Origin: Ruminococcus sp. | Lineage (GTDB): Bacteria; Bacillota; Clostridia; Oscillospirales; Ruminococcaceae | DNA: 64,000 nucleotides | NCBI GenBank assembly: GCA_017622925.1 | Contig: JAGAQC010000005.1 | Coordinates: 269 to 64,268, forward strand | Direction of reading: 5' to 3' | Shown: one piece after another, positions 31,519 to 40,371 of the stretch | Position numbering within the stretch: the stretch's first letter is position 1 | Layout of the letters: every line of letters starts with the position of its first letter | Position numbers and translations under genes: made by a program | Notes under the pieces: model-generated | Seen by the model: only the letters and a program-made list of their open reading frames with translations | Database searches by the model: none | What the model was told of the DNA's origin: nothing

Positions 31519-31631
31519 GGGTGCAGCGACACGCAGTTTTTGTTATTTGCCTTTTCCTGTGAATTACGGCTTCGGGGACGCATATCCCGTACATAAGAAT
31601 ACGGTCGGCAATGGGTGCAGCGTCACGCTGC
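31519..31631. repeat. REP-like doublet (GGGTGCAGCGWCACGC x2)
   Basis: 16-nt imperfect palindromic repeat at 31519 and 31613, GC-rich within an AT-rich intergenic region. Confidence 0.5.
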
Positions 31632-31886
31632 TTATTTCATAAAAGCGTATATAAGTGCGGCTATCAGCGCAATAATGAGGAAGTAAATTATTATTCTCCC
31701 TGCATTCAGCGCCTTTCTTCTTCGACCGTTCGTTCCGTAGGGCGCTATTAGGCGGTCTATCTCACGGGCTGAAAGCTCCACGGGAAGTGTACGTACACCG
31801 GGTTTCAGGTAAAAAACCGCTCTTTCAAAATACACGCTGTCGGGATTGTTGACCTCTATTATCTGCTTGTTCACACCTTTTACCAT
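31632..31886 (-). CDS. Hypothetical protein with C-terminal TM
   Basis: RBS AAGGAG; KGVNKQIIEV...YFERAVFYL. Confidence 0.8.
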   Translation of the reverse strand: MVKGVNKQIIEVNNPDSVYFERAVFYLKPGVRTLPVELSAREIDRLIAPYGTNGRRRKALNAGRIIIYFLIIALIAALIYAFMK

Positions 31887-31899
31887 AAATGCTCCTTTG

Positions 31900-32061
31900 A
31901 GAGCCTTTTCAGTATCTCCCCGCGCACGTCATTTCGGCAAATTTTGCCGAATCCTGCGTCAAAAATCCTTGCCATACGACAGTATGCCTGCGAATTTTTT
32001 CCTTGCCTTCGACAAAATTATGCTCGAAAATCCGCACACGCCGATATACTGAAAAGGCTCT
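31900..32061. mobile_element. MITE-like element family A copy 3
   Basis: AGAGCCTTTTCAGTAT...ATACTGAAAAGGCTCT; body matches copy 1. Confidence 0.85.
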
Positions 32062-32099
32062 AAGTTTATTTATGGCTATTATTGGCAGGAAAACACGCA

Positions 32100-32909
32100 T
32101 TATTCATTCAGATTCCTTATGTAATGAAAAAGATACTGCTGTGCGATACCGGCGTTTTCATTTATAAACTCAGGGAAACCGTTGGGATAATACTCCGCAA
32201 GAACACGCTTTATCCATACGTCTACGGGAAACGCTTCTTTCCGATACATGCCGAAAAGAAGTACGCATTCAGCTACTTTAGGTCCAACGCCCTTGATTTT
32301 TTTCAATGCTGCACGAGCTTCGTCTATGGGGGCGGCCGCTATGGCGTTCAGGTCAACAGTTCCCGAATTTACGCAGTCGGCAGCGTCGCAGAGATACTTC
32401 GCGCGAAAGCCGCTTCTCAGAAAAGCGAGACTATCGGGCGTTTCCTCAGCCATTTTTGAAGCGTTCGGGAACTCGCCGTAATGCTCGCAAAGGCGGTCGA
32501 TTATGCCCTTTATCCTCGGGATATTATTATTTTGGGAAATAATAAAGGAAATAAGACACTCCCAGCTATTCTGCCGCAAAAGACGTATACCGCCCGCAAA
32601 AGAGCATGCTTTAGCCAATGTTTCATCTTCGGAAAACTGCTTTTTCAGTTCGCTGTAATCCGTGTCAAAATCAAAATAGTCCGCCCATTTTCCGAGAAAA
32701 TCCTCCTCGGAAACGTCATGGAACACAAACATATCATCAGACACCTGCGAAACGGTAAGACTGTCGTTGAGGAAGCTCCCCTCATAAGTACATCTATATC
32801 CCCTGTCGATTTTTTTCCAGCGGAATGCCTGACCGCAGTCGAGAGTTTCGTCTAAATTAAAATCTTTCTCACAAACTATTATGTCATTATTTTTAACGGA
32901 ATAATCCAT
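32100..32909 (-). CDS. 8-oxoguanine DNA glycosylase (OGG1-like, HhH-GPD)
   Basis: TLDCGQAFRW, FIISQNNNIPRI, KGVGPKVAECV, FPVDVW. Confidence 0.92.
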   Translation of the reverse strand: MDYSVKNNDIIVCEKDFNLDETLDCGQAFRWKKIDRGYRCTYEGSFLNDSLTVSQVSDDMFVFHDVSEEDFLGKWADYFDFDTDYSELKKQFSEDETLAKACSFAGGIRLLRQNSWECLISFIISQNNNIPRIKGIIDRLCEHYGEFPNASKMAEETPDSLAFLRSGFRAKYLCDAADCVNSGTVDLNAIAAAPIDEARAALKKIKGVGPKVAECVLLFGMYRKEAFPVDVWIKRVLAEYYPNGFPEFINENAGIAQQYLFHYIRNLNE

Positions 32910-33138
32910 AATTTCACCTCATTATCAGAAAACAACCTTACGCTTTCTATTTTATTATACTAAAATTAAAAAAGAATTTCAAGTCTTTTTACACGAAAAA
33001 CAAAAATGTCAATAAGTTCAACAGCTTCTGCGATTAGCATATATATAGTGTTACAGACCATTTCAGTCATTTGCCAAAAACTAACAAAATATTCATTCAG
33101 TTAAATAAGTAAATTTTATATCAAAAGGAGGAGATAAA

Positions 33139-33831
33139 ATGAGTCAAATGGATTTTTTTGTAGAGGGAATACAACAGCTTCCCGCTATTGTTGATAAAGG
33201 ACCTACAGCGCAGGAAAAGGTCGCGCAGGCTTTTATGGAATTTATGCAGCTTGCTCATGTGTATGAATCGGCTATCGAGGTCGTAAAGACATATCTCGGA
33301 ATACTCGACAGCGAATTTAACATCAAATTTCAGCGCAATCCCATTCACAACATCGAAAGCCGTCTTAAATCTGCGGACTCGATCATGAACAAGCTCGTAA
33401 AAAAAGGAATAGCCTTTACTCCCGAAAACGCCAAAAAATATCTCCTTGATATTGCAGGGATACGCGTTACGTGCTGCTACATAAACGATATTTACGTTCT
33501 TGCGGAAATGCTTTCTCAGCGTGACGATTTCGTTGTTATAAAGCAGAAAGACTACATAAAAAATCCCAAGCCGAGCGGCTACAGGAGTTTTCACCTTGTA
33601 CTGAATGTGCCGGTTCATCTTTCTTCGTCAAAGGTCACAGTACCCGTGGAAATTCAGATACGGACAATTGCTATGGACTTCTGGGCAAGTCTGGAACATC
33701 AGCTTAAATATAAGCCCTCGGCGGCAATAACTCCCGAAATATCCGAACAGCTTCGGGAATGCGCCGAGAGGATAGCTGAAACAGATATGCAAATGCAGGC
33801 GATCTATACTCAGATAAACGATATGGATTAA
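33139..33831 (+). CDS. Small alarmone synthetase (RelQ/RelP-like GTP pyrophosphokinase)
   Basis: ESRLKS, DIAGIR, KDYIKNPKPSGYRSFH, EIQIRTIAMDFWASLEH. Confidence 0.93.
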   Translation: MSQMDFFVEGIQQLPAIVDKGPTAQEKVAQAFMEFMQLAHVYESAIEVVKTYLGILDSEFNIKFQRNPIHNIESRLKSADSIMNKLVKKGIAFTPENAKKYLLDIAGIRVTCCYINDIYVLAEMLSQRDDFVVIKQKDYIKNPKPSGYRSFHLVLNVPVHLSSSKVTVPVEIQIRTIAMDFWASLEHQLKYKPSAAITPEISEQLRECAERIAETDMQMQAIYTQINDMD

Positions 33832-33992
33832 GGCAACACCGCACAGAGATTGTATGGCAGATACGCAGTCAGATTTTTTGTCAGATTGTACAGAAATTTT
33901 GCAGGCATACTGTCGTATGTCAAGAAATTTATGTGCAAGATGACGGAAAATATGCAAGCAGATGACGTGCAATCTCTGTACGGTGTTGCCTT
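33830..33992. mobile_element. MITE-like element family B copy 1
   Basis: TIR AAGGCAACACCGCACAGAGATTG...CAATCTCTGTACGGTGTTGCCTT; overlaps the stop codon of the upstream gene. Confidence 0.85.
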
Positions 33993-34103
33993 TACTCGAC
34001 CAACGTCTCCATAAGCTACAAAAAAACGCTGTTTTTCGCCCTTTCACTTATTTATGCGATGTGATATAATTATATTCAGCCACTATTGAAAGGAGCAGAA
34101 AAA

Positions 34104-34406
34104 ATGTTCGGACTTGTCAGAAAAATCAAACGCGAGGTTGTTGACAAAACGATTTACATGGAGGTCTTTGGAGATAACAAAGTTTCGTACAGGGTAACAG
34201 TCGGTCGTATGTTCCACGAAGGAGCAGACATAGTGACCTACGGCGTTGAAGTCGAGGACTCGCATACTCGGGAAAAAGAGGCTATCCCCGACTTCTCCAG
34301 AGACATAGAAGACGCAGTAGATTTTGCCGAAATGCTTATATCCGACCGCATTCCGCCATGCCGTCTTTATACCAAGGCGCTGAACTACCTGCTTATCTCT
34401 ATTTAA
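34104..34406 (+). CDS. Hypothetical protein (DUF6514-like)
   Basis: RBS AAAGGAG; TYGVEV...IPDFS...FAEML pattern. Confidence 0.7.
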   Translation: MFGLVRKIKREVVDKTIYMEVFGDNKVSYRVTVGRMFHEGADIVTYGVEVEDSHTREKEAIPDFSRDIEDAVDFAEMLISDRIPPCRLYTKALNYLLISI

Positions 34407-34427
34407 TAAAATTTTTATAAAACCAAT

Positions 34428-34462
34428 GGGCTGCTGTGAGAAATGTTTCCCACAACAGCCCG
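34428..34462. terminator. Terminator hairpin between convergent genes
   Basis: GGGCTGCTGTG...CACAACAGCCC. Confidence 0.6.
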
Positions 34463-34467
34463 TAGTC

Positions 34468-36549
34468 TTATTTTGATATATGAAGTATTTTTCCGATAAG
34501 CTTACGAAGCTCAGTTATGTCTATGGGTTTGGGGAAATGCGCGTTCATTCCCGATTCAAGGGACTTTTCACGGTCGTCCTCAAAAGCGTTCGCCGAAACT
34601 GCAATTATCGGAATATCTGCAAGATTCGGATCATCAAGCTTTCTTATCTGTCTTGCGGCTTCGTAGCCGTCCATAACAGGCATCTGAATATCCATCAGAA
34701 TAATATCGTAAATTTTTGAACTAATCCCTCTTATTTTCTTCACAGCTTCTCTGCCGTTGACCGCTGTTTCAACGATACAGCCGCAATATTCAAGCATTGC
34801 CTTTTCGATCTCAAGATTTACGGGATTATCTTCAACAAGCAGGATACGTATTCCCTCCATGAAGTTTTCGTTGGAAGAACCGCATTTTATATCAGGGGAA
34901 TTTCTCTGAACGCCCTGTAACTTCAGCGTAAGGGTAACGGAGAAAACGCTCCCCTTATTCACGCTGCTTTTCACGGAGATCGTACCGTTCATCATATCGA
35001 CAATATTCTTGACTACCGCAAGACCGAGACCGCTGCCGAAAATTCCGCTTGCCGTGGTGTTTTCCACACGTTTGAACGGTTCAAAGATCGTACCGAGAAG
35101 CTCCTCCTCGATTCCGCAGCCGTTGTCCTCTACCGTGAAAGTAAATGTGCCGAAACCGTTAGCGGCATTTTCATCTTCTTCTACACGAAGTACGACATTT
35201 CCACCCTCGCCGGTATATTTAACGCCGTTGTCCAAAAGCTGCCATAAAACCTCCTCCAAACGCAGATAGTCGGCATATACGGCAAAGTTTCTCACGCGGC
35301 TTTTGTCGAACGCAAGCGTGATATTTTTTGCGGCGGCGTCTGGAGCTATACGTTTTTTCACATCGCACAGAAGTTCTTCAAGGTCGCATTCCTCTTTGTT
35401 CAGGGACGCCTTGCCCGATTCCAGATAAGTAAGCTCCAAAGATTCCGTTACAATTTTAAGCAACTGAACGCTGGAAAGCTTGATATTGTCAAGATAATGG
35501 CATATCTTTTCCGTATCTTTCGGATTGGTCTTGATAAGCTCGGTGTAGCCGATAATACTGTTGAGCGGCGTCCTAATGTCATGGGAGATATTATTGAGGA
35601 AAGTCTGACGGGCAATATTAGCCGCATTAGCCTCTTTCAGAGCCATCTGGAAAAGCCGTTTTTTTGCGCTTATATCGGTAATATCCTTTGCAACGAAAAG
35701 CGCGATGATGTTATCGGTATATTCGTTTCTGCCGATAAGAGCAACGAACTGGAAAATCCGTTCCCGTCCCGATCTGTCTGTTATTTCGCACTCCATGACC
35801 TGCTCCGGCTCGTCGTTTGAATAACAGCCTATCAGTCTTTCGATGCTGAAAAAACGTCTGAATTCTTCATTGTCGGATTTTACCACATTTTTGCTCACGT
35901 AGCCGAGAACGTCCGAATATCTTGTATATTCGGGTATATTTACTGATCTGAACATATCTGAAATAGAGCCGCTCGACGACAGACCCGACGAGGAAATAAA
36001 TGTATCCTCCGTAAGATTCGCTTCAAAAAACAGGCTGGCGTTGTGAAGTATCGCTTTCTGATACTGGTATTCCCTCGAAAGCGTATTTTTCAGCCGAGCA
36101 TTTATCTTTTCAAGTTCTTCCATACGTTCTCTTAATCTGTCTGTGGCGTCGTTGATAAATACGCAGAATATCCCGCCGTAGCTGCTTGTTGTTATGTATT
36201 TTCCGTAATCCTCAACGTACCGCACAGTACCGTCCTTTCGGATAATACGGTATTCCACGTAGTCAAGATTCTCGGAGCTGCCGCTTATCTGCTCCTGTAT
36301 GCTTCTGTCAACTTTAGGATAGTCGTCGGGGTGAACCAATCCCTTGAACATATTGCCTGTAAGTTCCCGAAACTCCTGCTCGGTATCACATCCGAAAATT
36401 CTCAGAACAGCCTTATTGACATATATAAGCTCCCCTGCTCCGAATGCTTTGTAAATAAAAAAACCGCCGGGCATATCATCGCAGAAGCTTTGGATGATAG
36501 GAAGTGTATTTTCATTGAGAATGGATCTGCTTATTGTTTTTTCGTACAT
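34468..36549 (-). CDS. PAS-domain hybrid sensor histidine kinase/response regulator
   Basis: VHPDD PAS, SHDIRTPL, DNGVKYT, GSGLGL, DIILMDIQMP receiver; start after AAGGAGG. Confidence 0.93.
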   Translation of the reverse strand: MYEKTISRSILNENTLPIIQSFCDDMPGGFFIYKAFGAGELIYVNKAVLRIFGCDTEQEFRELTGNMFKGLVHPDDYPKVDRSIQEQISGSSENLDYVEYRIIRKDGTVRYVEDYGKYITTSSYGGIFCVFINDATDRLRERMEELEKINARLKNTLSREYQYQKAILHNASLFFEANLTEDTFISSSGLSSSGSISDMFRSVNIPEYTRYSDVLGYVSKNVVKSDNEEFRRFFSIERLIGCYSNDEPEQVMECEITDRSGRERIFQFVALIGRNEYTDNIIALFVAKDITDISAKKRLFQMALKEANAANIARQTFLNNISHDIRTPLNSIIGYTELIKTNPKDTEKICHYLDNIKLSSVQLLKIVTESLELTYLESGKASLNKEECDLEELLCDVKKRIAPDAAAKNITLAFDKSRVRNFAVYADYLRLEEVLWQLLDNGVKYTGEGGNVVLRVEEDENAANGFGTFTFTVEDNGCGIEEELLGTIFEPFKRVENTTASGIFGSGLGLAVVKNIVDMMNGTISVKSSVNKGSVFSVTLTLKLQGVQRNSPDIKCGSSNENFMEGIRILLVEDNPVNLEIEKAMLEYCGCIVETAVNGREAVKKIRGISSKIYDIILMDIQMPVMDGYEAARQIRKLDDPNLADIPIIAVSANAFEDDREKSLESGMNAHFPKPIDITELRKLIGKILHISK

Positions 36550-36776
36550 TGTAAGCCTCCTTGGATATATTCGGGTATGGTTTAAAACAAAGTCTGACAA
36601 AATTTATCATTAACATTATACTACAAAAAAAGAAGTACGTCAATGTTTTTTATTGGAAAATTTTGTAGTAAATCTAAGTTGCGTCAGACTTTATGTCATT
36701 TCCCCAATTGAGACAGCACGAAAAAAACAATAGATCCCCTTTTTCGTAAATATTTGAAAGAGGGAATCTATTGTTT

Positions 36777-37769
36777 TTACGTAAAATAATGTAATAGTTT
36801 TAACGTGAGTTCGTATCTGTCAGAATCGGTCTCGCAGCCTGCCACAATAGCGATATACGTTTTGCCGTCTATAATAAATGACGATATAAGACAATTTCCT
36901 GCATTAAGAGTAGTACCTGTCTTTACGCCTATGGCGTTTTCACAGTAGTATTCGCTGTACGGGTCAAGGAGCAGATTGGAATTTTTCCATTCATAGGCGT
37001 CGCCCGAGATAAACTCCGCATTCATCTGATAAATGCCGACTGCTTCACGTATTTCTGGTACTGTCATAGCATACTGCGTCAAAAGCAGCAGATCGGAAAC
37101 CGTAGTGTACTGGTTATCATCGTCCCAACCATCGGGATTTACGAAGTGACTGTCGGTCATTCCGATATCCGATGAAAGGCCGTTCATAAGCATACAGAAA
37201 CGTTCGACCGCTTCGGTATCCGTCAGATACGTATTTGGGTTCAGTTTCCTTGCTGTAGAAACGCCTATGGTGTATGCCGCGTCATTTCCTGACGAAAGAA
37301 GCAGTCCCTTAATAAATGTTTCCAATGTCGCCGTGCTGCCCCATTGTACTCCGCAAAGGCTTGAATACGGCTGAACAAGATATTGTTCTGAACCGACTGT
37401 TAATATTTCATCTGTGTTCATATATTTTAAAGCCACAGAAGCTGTCAAAAGCTTTGTCATGCTCGCAGGCGCTATCCGTCGGCTGATATTGTCACTGTAA
37501 AGCAGCTTTTCGTCGTCAATGCAGTAAAGAGCCGCCGCTTTACAGGTTGGAGTATCTATATGCGGTATTGTTGTCGTCTGAGTTGTTGAAGTCGAAGCAG
37601 TATACGCAGCGGTCGATGACGGTACAGTCGCAACAGACATTGTTTCTATTTTCGATGTAACGGGAACTTCCTCGGAACTTCCAACATTGTTTATCCAGAC
37701 AAAAATCAAACATGCAAACGCAAAAAAAATAAAAGCTCTCTTTTTTCTTAATCTGTATACTTTACTCAT
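36777..37769 (-). CDS. D-alanyl-D-alanine carboxypeptidase (peptidase S11)
   Basis: PASMTK (SxxK), SGNDA, KTG. Confidence 0.92.
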   Translation of the reverse strand: MSKVYRLRKKRAFIFFAFACLIFVWINNVGSSEEVPVTSKIETMSVATVPSSTAAYTASTSTTQTTTIPHIDTPTCKAAALYCIDDEKLLYSDNISRRIAPASMTKLLTASVALKYMNTDEILTVGSEQYLVQPYSSLCGVQWGSTATLETFIKGLLLSSGNDAAYTIGVSTARKLNPNTYLTDTEAVERFCMLMNGLSSDIGMTDSHFVNPDGWDDDNQYTTVSDLLLLTQYAMTVPEIREAVGIYQMNAEFISGDAYEWKNSNLLLDPYSEYYCENAIGVKTGTTLNAGNCLISSFIIDGKTYIAIVAGCETDSDRYELTLKLLHYFT

Positions 37770-38718
37770 TCTGAAATCTCATATTCGCTAACGGCTTCCG
37801 TCGGAATCTGAAAAAGAACTTCCGAAACGGGGTTTATTTCATCGAAGGCAGCGGTCGTATCCTGCAATACAAAAATACTGCACTGTTCAGCCTTTTTAAC
37901 TATGATCACGGAACTGCTGTCATCGGGAGCATAGTAATATACGTCTGCGCCTGACAGACAGGGATTTTCGCAAACTATCGGACAGTCAGATATTTCGGAA
38001 ACAGTTCCGATAAATTCTCCAAAATCGCTTTCCGAAACAGTATCAGAAATATTATATTTTTCGTATTCAGATATTTCAAGCTGAATATATCTGCTGCCTA
38101 AAACTATCACCTCGGCAGAATTAAGAGAATCTGTTCCGTAACCGTCGGAATCGGGGTCGGCTGATGTAAAAGCTTTAAAATAATAATTTTCGGTCGGCGG
38201 CGATGCCTTATCTTCATCACAGTTTTTCGTATCGGGAGCATTAGTTGTATCGTCGGGAGAATTGTCCGATATATCCGAAACATCTGAAATTTCATTCTCA
38301 TAAGTATCGCCGCTTGAAACTTTCGTTTCTTCAATAACTTCTGCAACTGAGCTTTCTACCGCCACCTCGTTGCTTTCGTTATTTGGACTTTTTTTAACAT
38401 CGGTCACAGCCGATTTAACGTTTGTATATGGAGGGTCAGTTTCGTTTTTTTCATCGTTTGCGGTTGTTGTATCTGCAACAAAATTCACATTGGAGGGTTT
38501 GTTTGAAAAATCGGGTTTTTTATCAAAAATCCCGTTTCCGATAAGACACAAGACAGCAGCGGCAATGACAGTTCCACCGCAGACAGAAGATAAAATGCCT
38601 GCTCTTTTTGCTTTTTCACGTTTAAACTCCGACGAAATATCCGAAAACTCCTCGGAACGTGATATATATATTTTTCGTCTATACCCGAAAGCGCATTATA
38701 CAGCTCGTTGTTATCCAT
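37766..38718 (-). pseudogene. Membrane-anchored anti-sigma-like protein frameshifted in an (AT)5 tract
   Basis: Removing one AT unit at 38662-38671 joins MDNNELYNALSGIDEKYI to SRSEEF...GILSSVCGGTVIAAAVLCLIG and the 37766-38551 ORF. Confidence 0.8.
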
Positions 38719-38720
38719 AT

Positions 38721-39176
38721 CTATATCTCCTTAAAGTATTTTCGGAGTTTTTTTCTTGTCCGCATCAGGATCGTTCTCACGCAGCTTTCTTTTACGTCAT
38801 ACTCGTCCGCTATAACAGCAATATCTTCCATAAAATAATATTGTCTTATAAAAACGCTTCTGTCGCGTTCATTTATATTTGAGAGAAAATCATTGAGCGC
38901 AGCGGTCAGCGTTCCGCTCCCATTATTGTAGGACTCGGGAACAAAGCCTGATAATTCGTTAAAAACAACATCGTTTCTATTGATTATATCTTCCGGCTTA
39001 ACGGAAAAAATTTCAGCTATTTTTAGAACAGTTTTATAATCGGGACGCCTTTTACCTGTTTCCCATTTTGAAATAAGCTCTCTTGAAATATATAATTTTT
39101 CAGCCAACTGTTCCTGCGTAAGATTCGCCTGTGTCCGCAGCTTGGCGATTTTCTGACCGATCAGCATTTTTTTCAC
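38721..39176 (-). CDS. XRE HTH fused to sigma-70 region 4
   Basis: LTQEQLAEKLYISRELISKWETG, then RSVFIRQYYFMEDIAVIA...VRTILMRTRKKLR. Confidence 0.85.
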   Translation of the reverse strand: MKKMLIGQKIAKLRTQANLTQEQLAEKLYISRELISKWETGKRRPDYKTVLKIAEIFSVKPEDIINRNDVVFNELSGFVPESYNNGSGTLTAALNDFLSNINERDRSVFIRQYYFMEDIAVIADEYDVKESCVRTILMRTRKKLRKYFKEI

Positions 39177-39350
39177 CTCAGCTCACAGTATATTATAGCT
39201 CAAATTCTTTTTTGGGTCAAGGGACAAAATGTAACATTAACAAGAAAAACCGAAAAAACTTCCAATAATTATGAATTAAATTTTGTGGTTATTTCCGAAA
39301 TTTCAAAAAATCCTTTGACAAAAAATTATTTTTCTGATATAATTAATGTG

Positions 39351-39420
39351 TTCGGTCACCCGAAAAAATATACGCGTATAACGGTTCAGCGTGATGCAGT
39401 TTTCTGCTCACGCTTTTTTT
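39351..39420 (+). promoter_or_regulatory. Putative transcription attenuator in a 5' leader
   Basis: After TTGACA-17 bp-GATATA/TATAAT promoter: hairpin TTCGG-TCAC-CCGAA and terminator AGCGTGA...TCACGCTTTTTT before the RBS. Confidence 0.5.
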
Positions 39421-39441
39421 ACGCAAAAAGGAGTTTTTATT

Positions 39442-40017
39442 ATGCCGAGAAATCAATTTCAGAGAATGTTTTTTGCCTTTCTCACCGTTCTTGTAACGGT
39501 TCACGCCTATGTATTCTACAGTCTCTATGTTGTCAACGGAAATACGCTTATAGCTGTAAATGAGGGCGCAACGGGAGTTCTTGACGCCATAAAAATGCAG
39601 GGCGGAGTTTATATGTGCGGACGTTTTGTCCCGATATGGGCAGTAATTATAGTTGAGTTTATTCTTGCGTTTCTGCTTGAAAATATTATGGGAAGTCCAT
39701 GCTCGTTCAAGCTTGCCTGCAAAGTATTCGACCCCCGAAAGGATCATCCGATGTTATTTGAATCGGCGATAATATGCGCTACTGTAGGTCTTATGTGTCC
39801 GGCAATGAGCCTTATTGCCGCATTTCTTTATTATCCTTATTATGCAGGGTTTGATATACTTACTCTTATTGCCAACTGGATAAAGCTTGTCTGCTTTAAT
39901 TTCCCGTTTGCGTTTTTCTCACAGTTGTTTTTCATACAGCCCTTGATACGTACAGTATTCAAATTTCTTTTCCGCAAGGATATTGCCGCAAGAAACGTTC
40001 AAAAGCAAACTGCATAA
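39442..40017 (+). CDS. Membrane protein (DUF2798-like)
   Basis: MPRNQFQ start, hydrophobic segments, NFPFAFFSQLFFIQPLIR. Confidence 0.75.
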   Translation: MPRNQFQRMFFAFLTVLVTVHAYVFYSLYVVNGNTLIAVNEGATGVLDAIKMQGGVYMCGRFVPIWAVIIVEFILAFLLENIMGSPCSFKLACKVFDPRKDHPMLFESAIICATVGLMCPAMSLIAAFLYYPYYAGFDILTLIANWIKLVCFNFPFAFFSQLFFIQPLIRTVFKFLFRKDIAARNVQKQTA

Positions 40018-40057
40018 ATCATTTATTCTCTCCGTCATATTCGGAGAGAATTTTTTT

Positions 40058-40215
40058 GGCGACCTCTAAAAACCTGTTTGGTCAAACAAAAATCAGATAG
40101 GCGCGGCAGAGGCAAGGAAAGTGCCCGATGGCGGGCTGTCGCCCTCCGAGGGTGCTTGACACAGCATATGCCGTGCATAGCTGATTTTTGTCAAAAGAAG
40201 TTTTTAGAGGTTGCC
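40058..40215. mobile_element. MITE-like element family C copy 1
   Basis: TIR GGCGACCTCTAAAAAC...GTTTTTAGAGGTTGCC; reverse-complement copy at 51720-51877. Confidence 0.85.
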
Positions 40216-40371
40216 ATTTGTTACTTATTCTGAAAAATCGCATTCCTATTGCGAAATATTTCGTCATTATTATAGGTTGCATGTTTCAGCTCCTTGTGCT
40301 ATAATATGCAATGATGTAACCGAAGAAGATGTTCTCCGTTAGGTGCGGCTTTGATAAGGAGTTGAATAAAT

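Noticed and set aside
39378-39390. ACGGTTCAGC shared by the 39.4-kb leader and the gltB leader
   Set aside because: A single 10-nt match in different structural contexts, consistent with chance.
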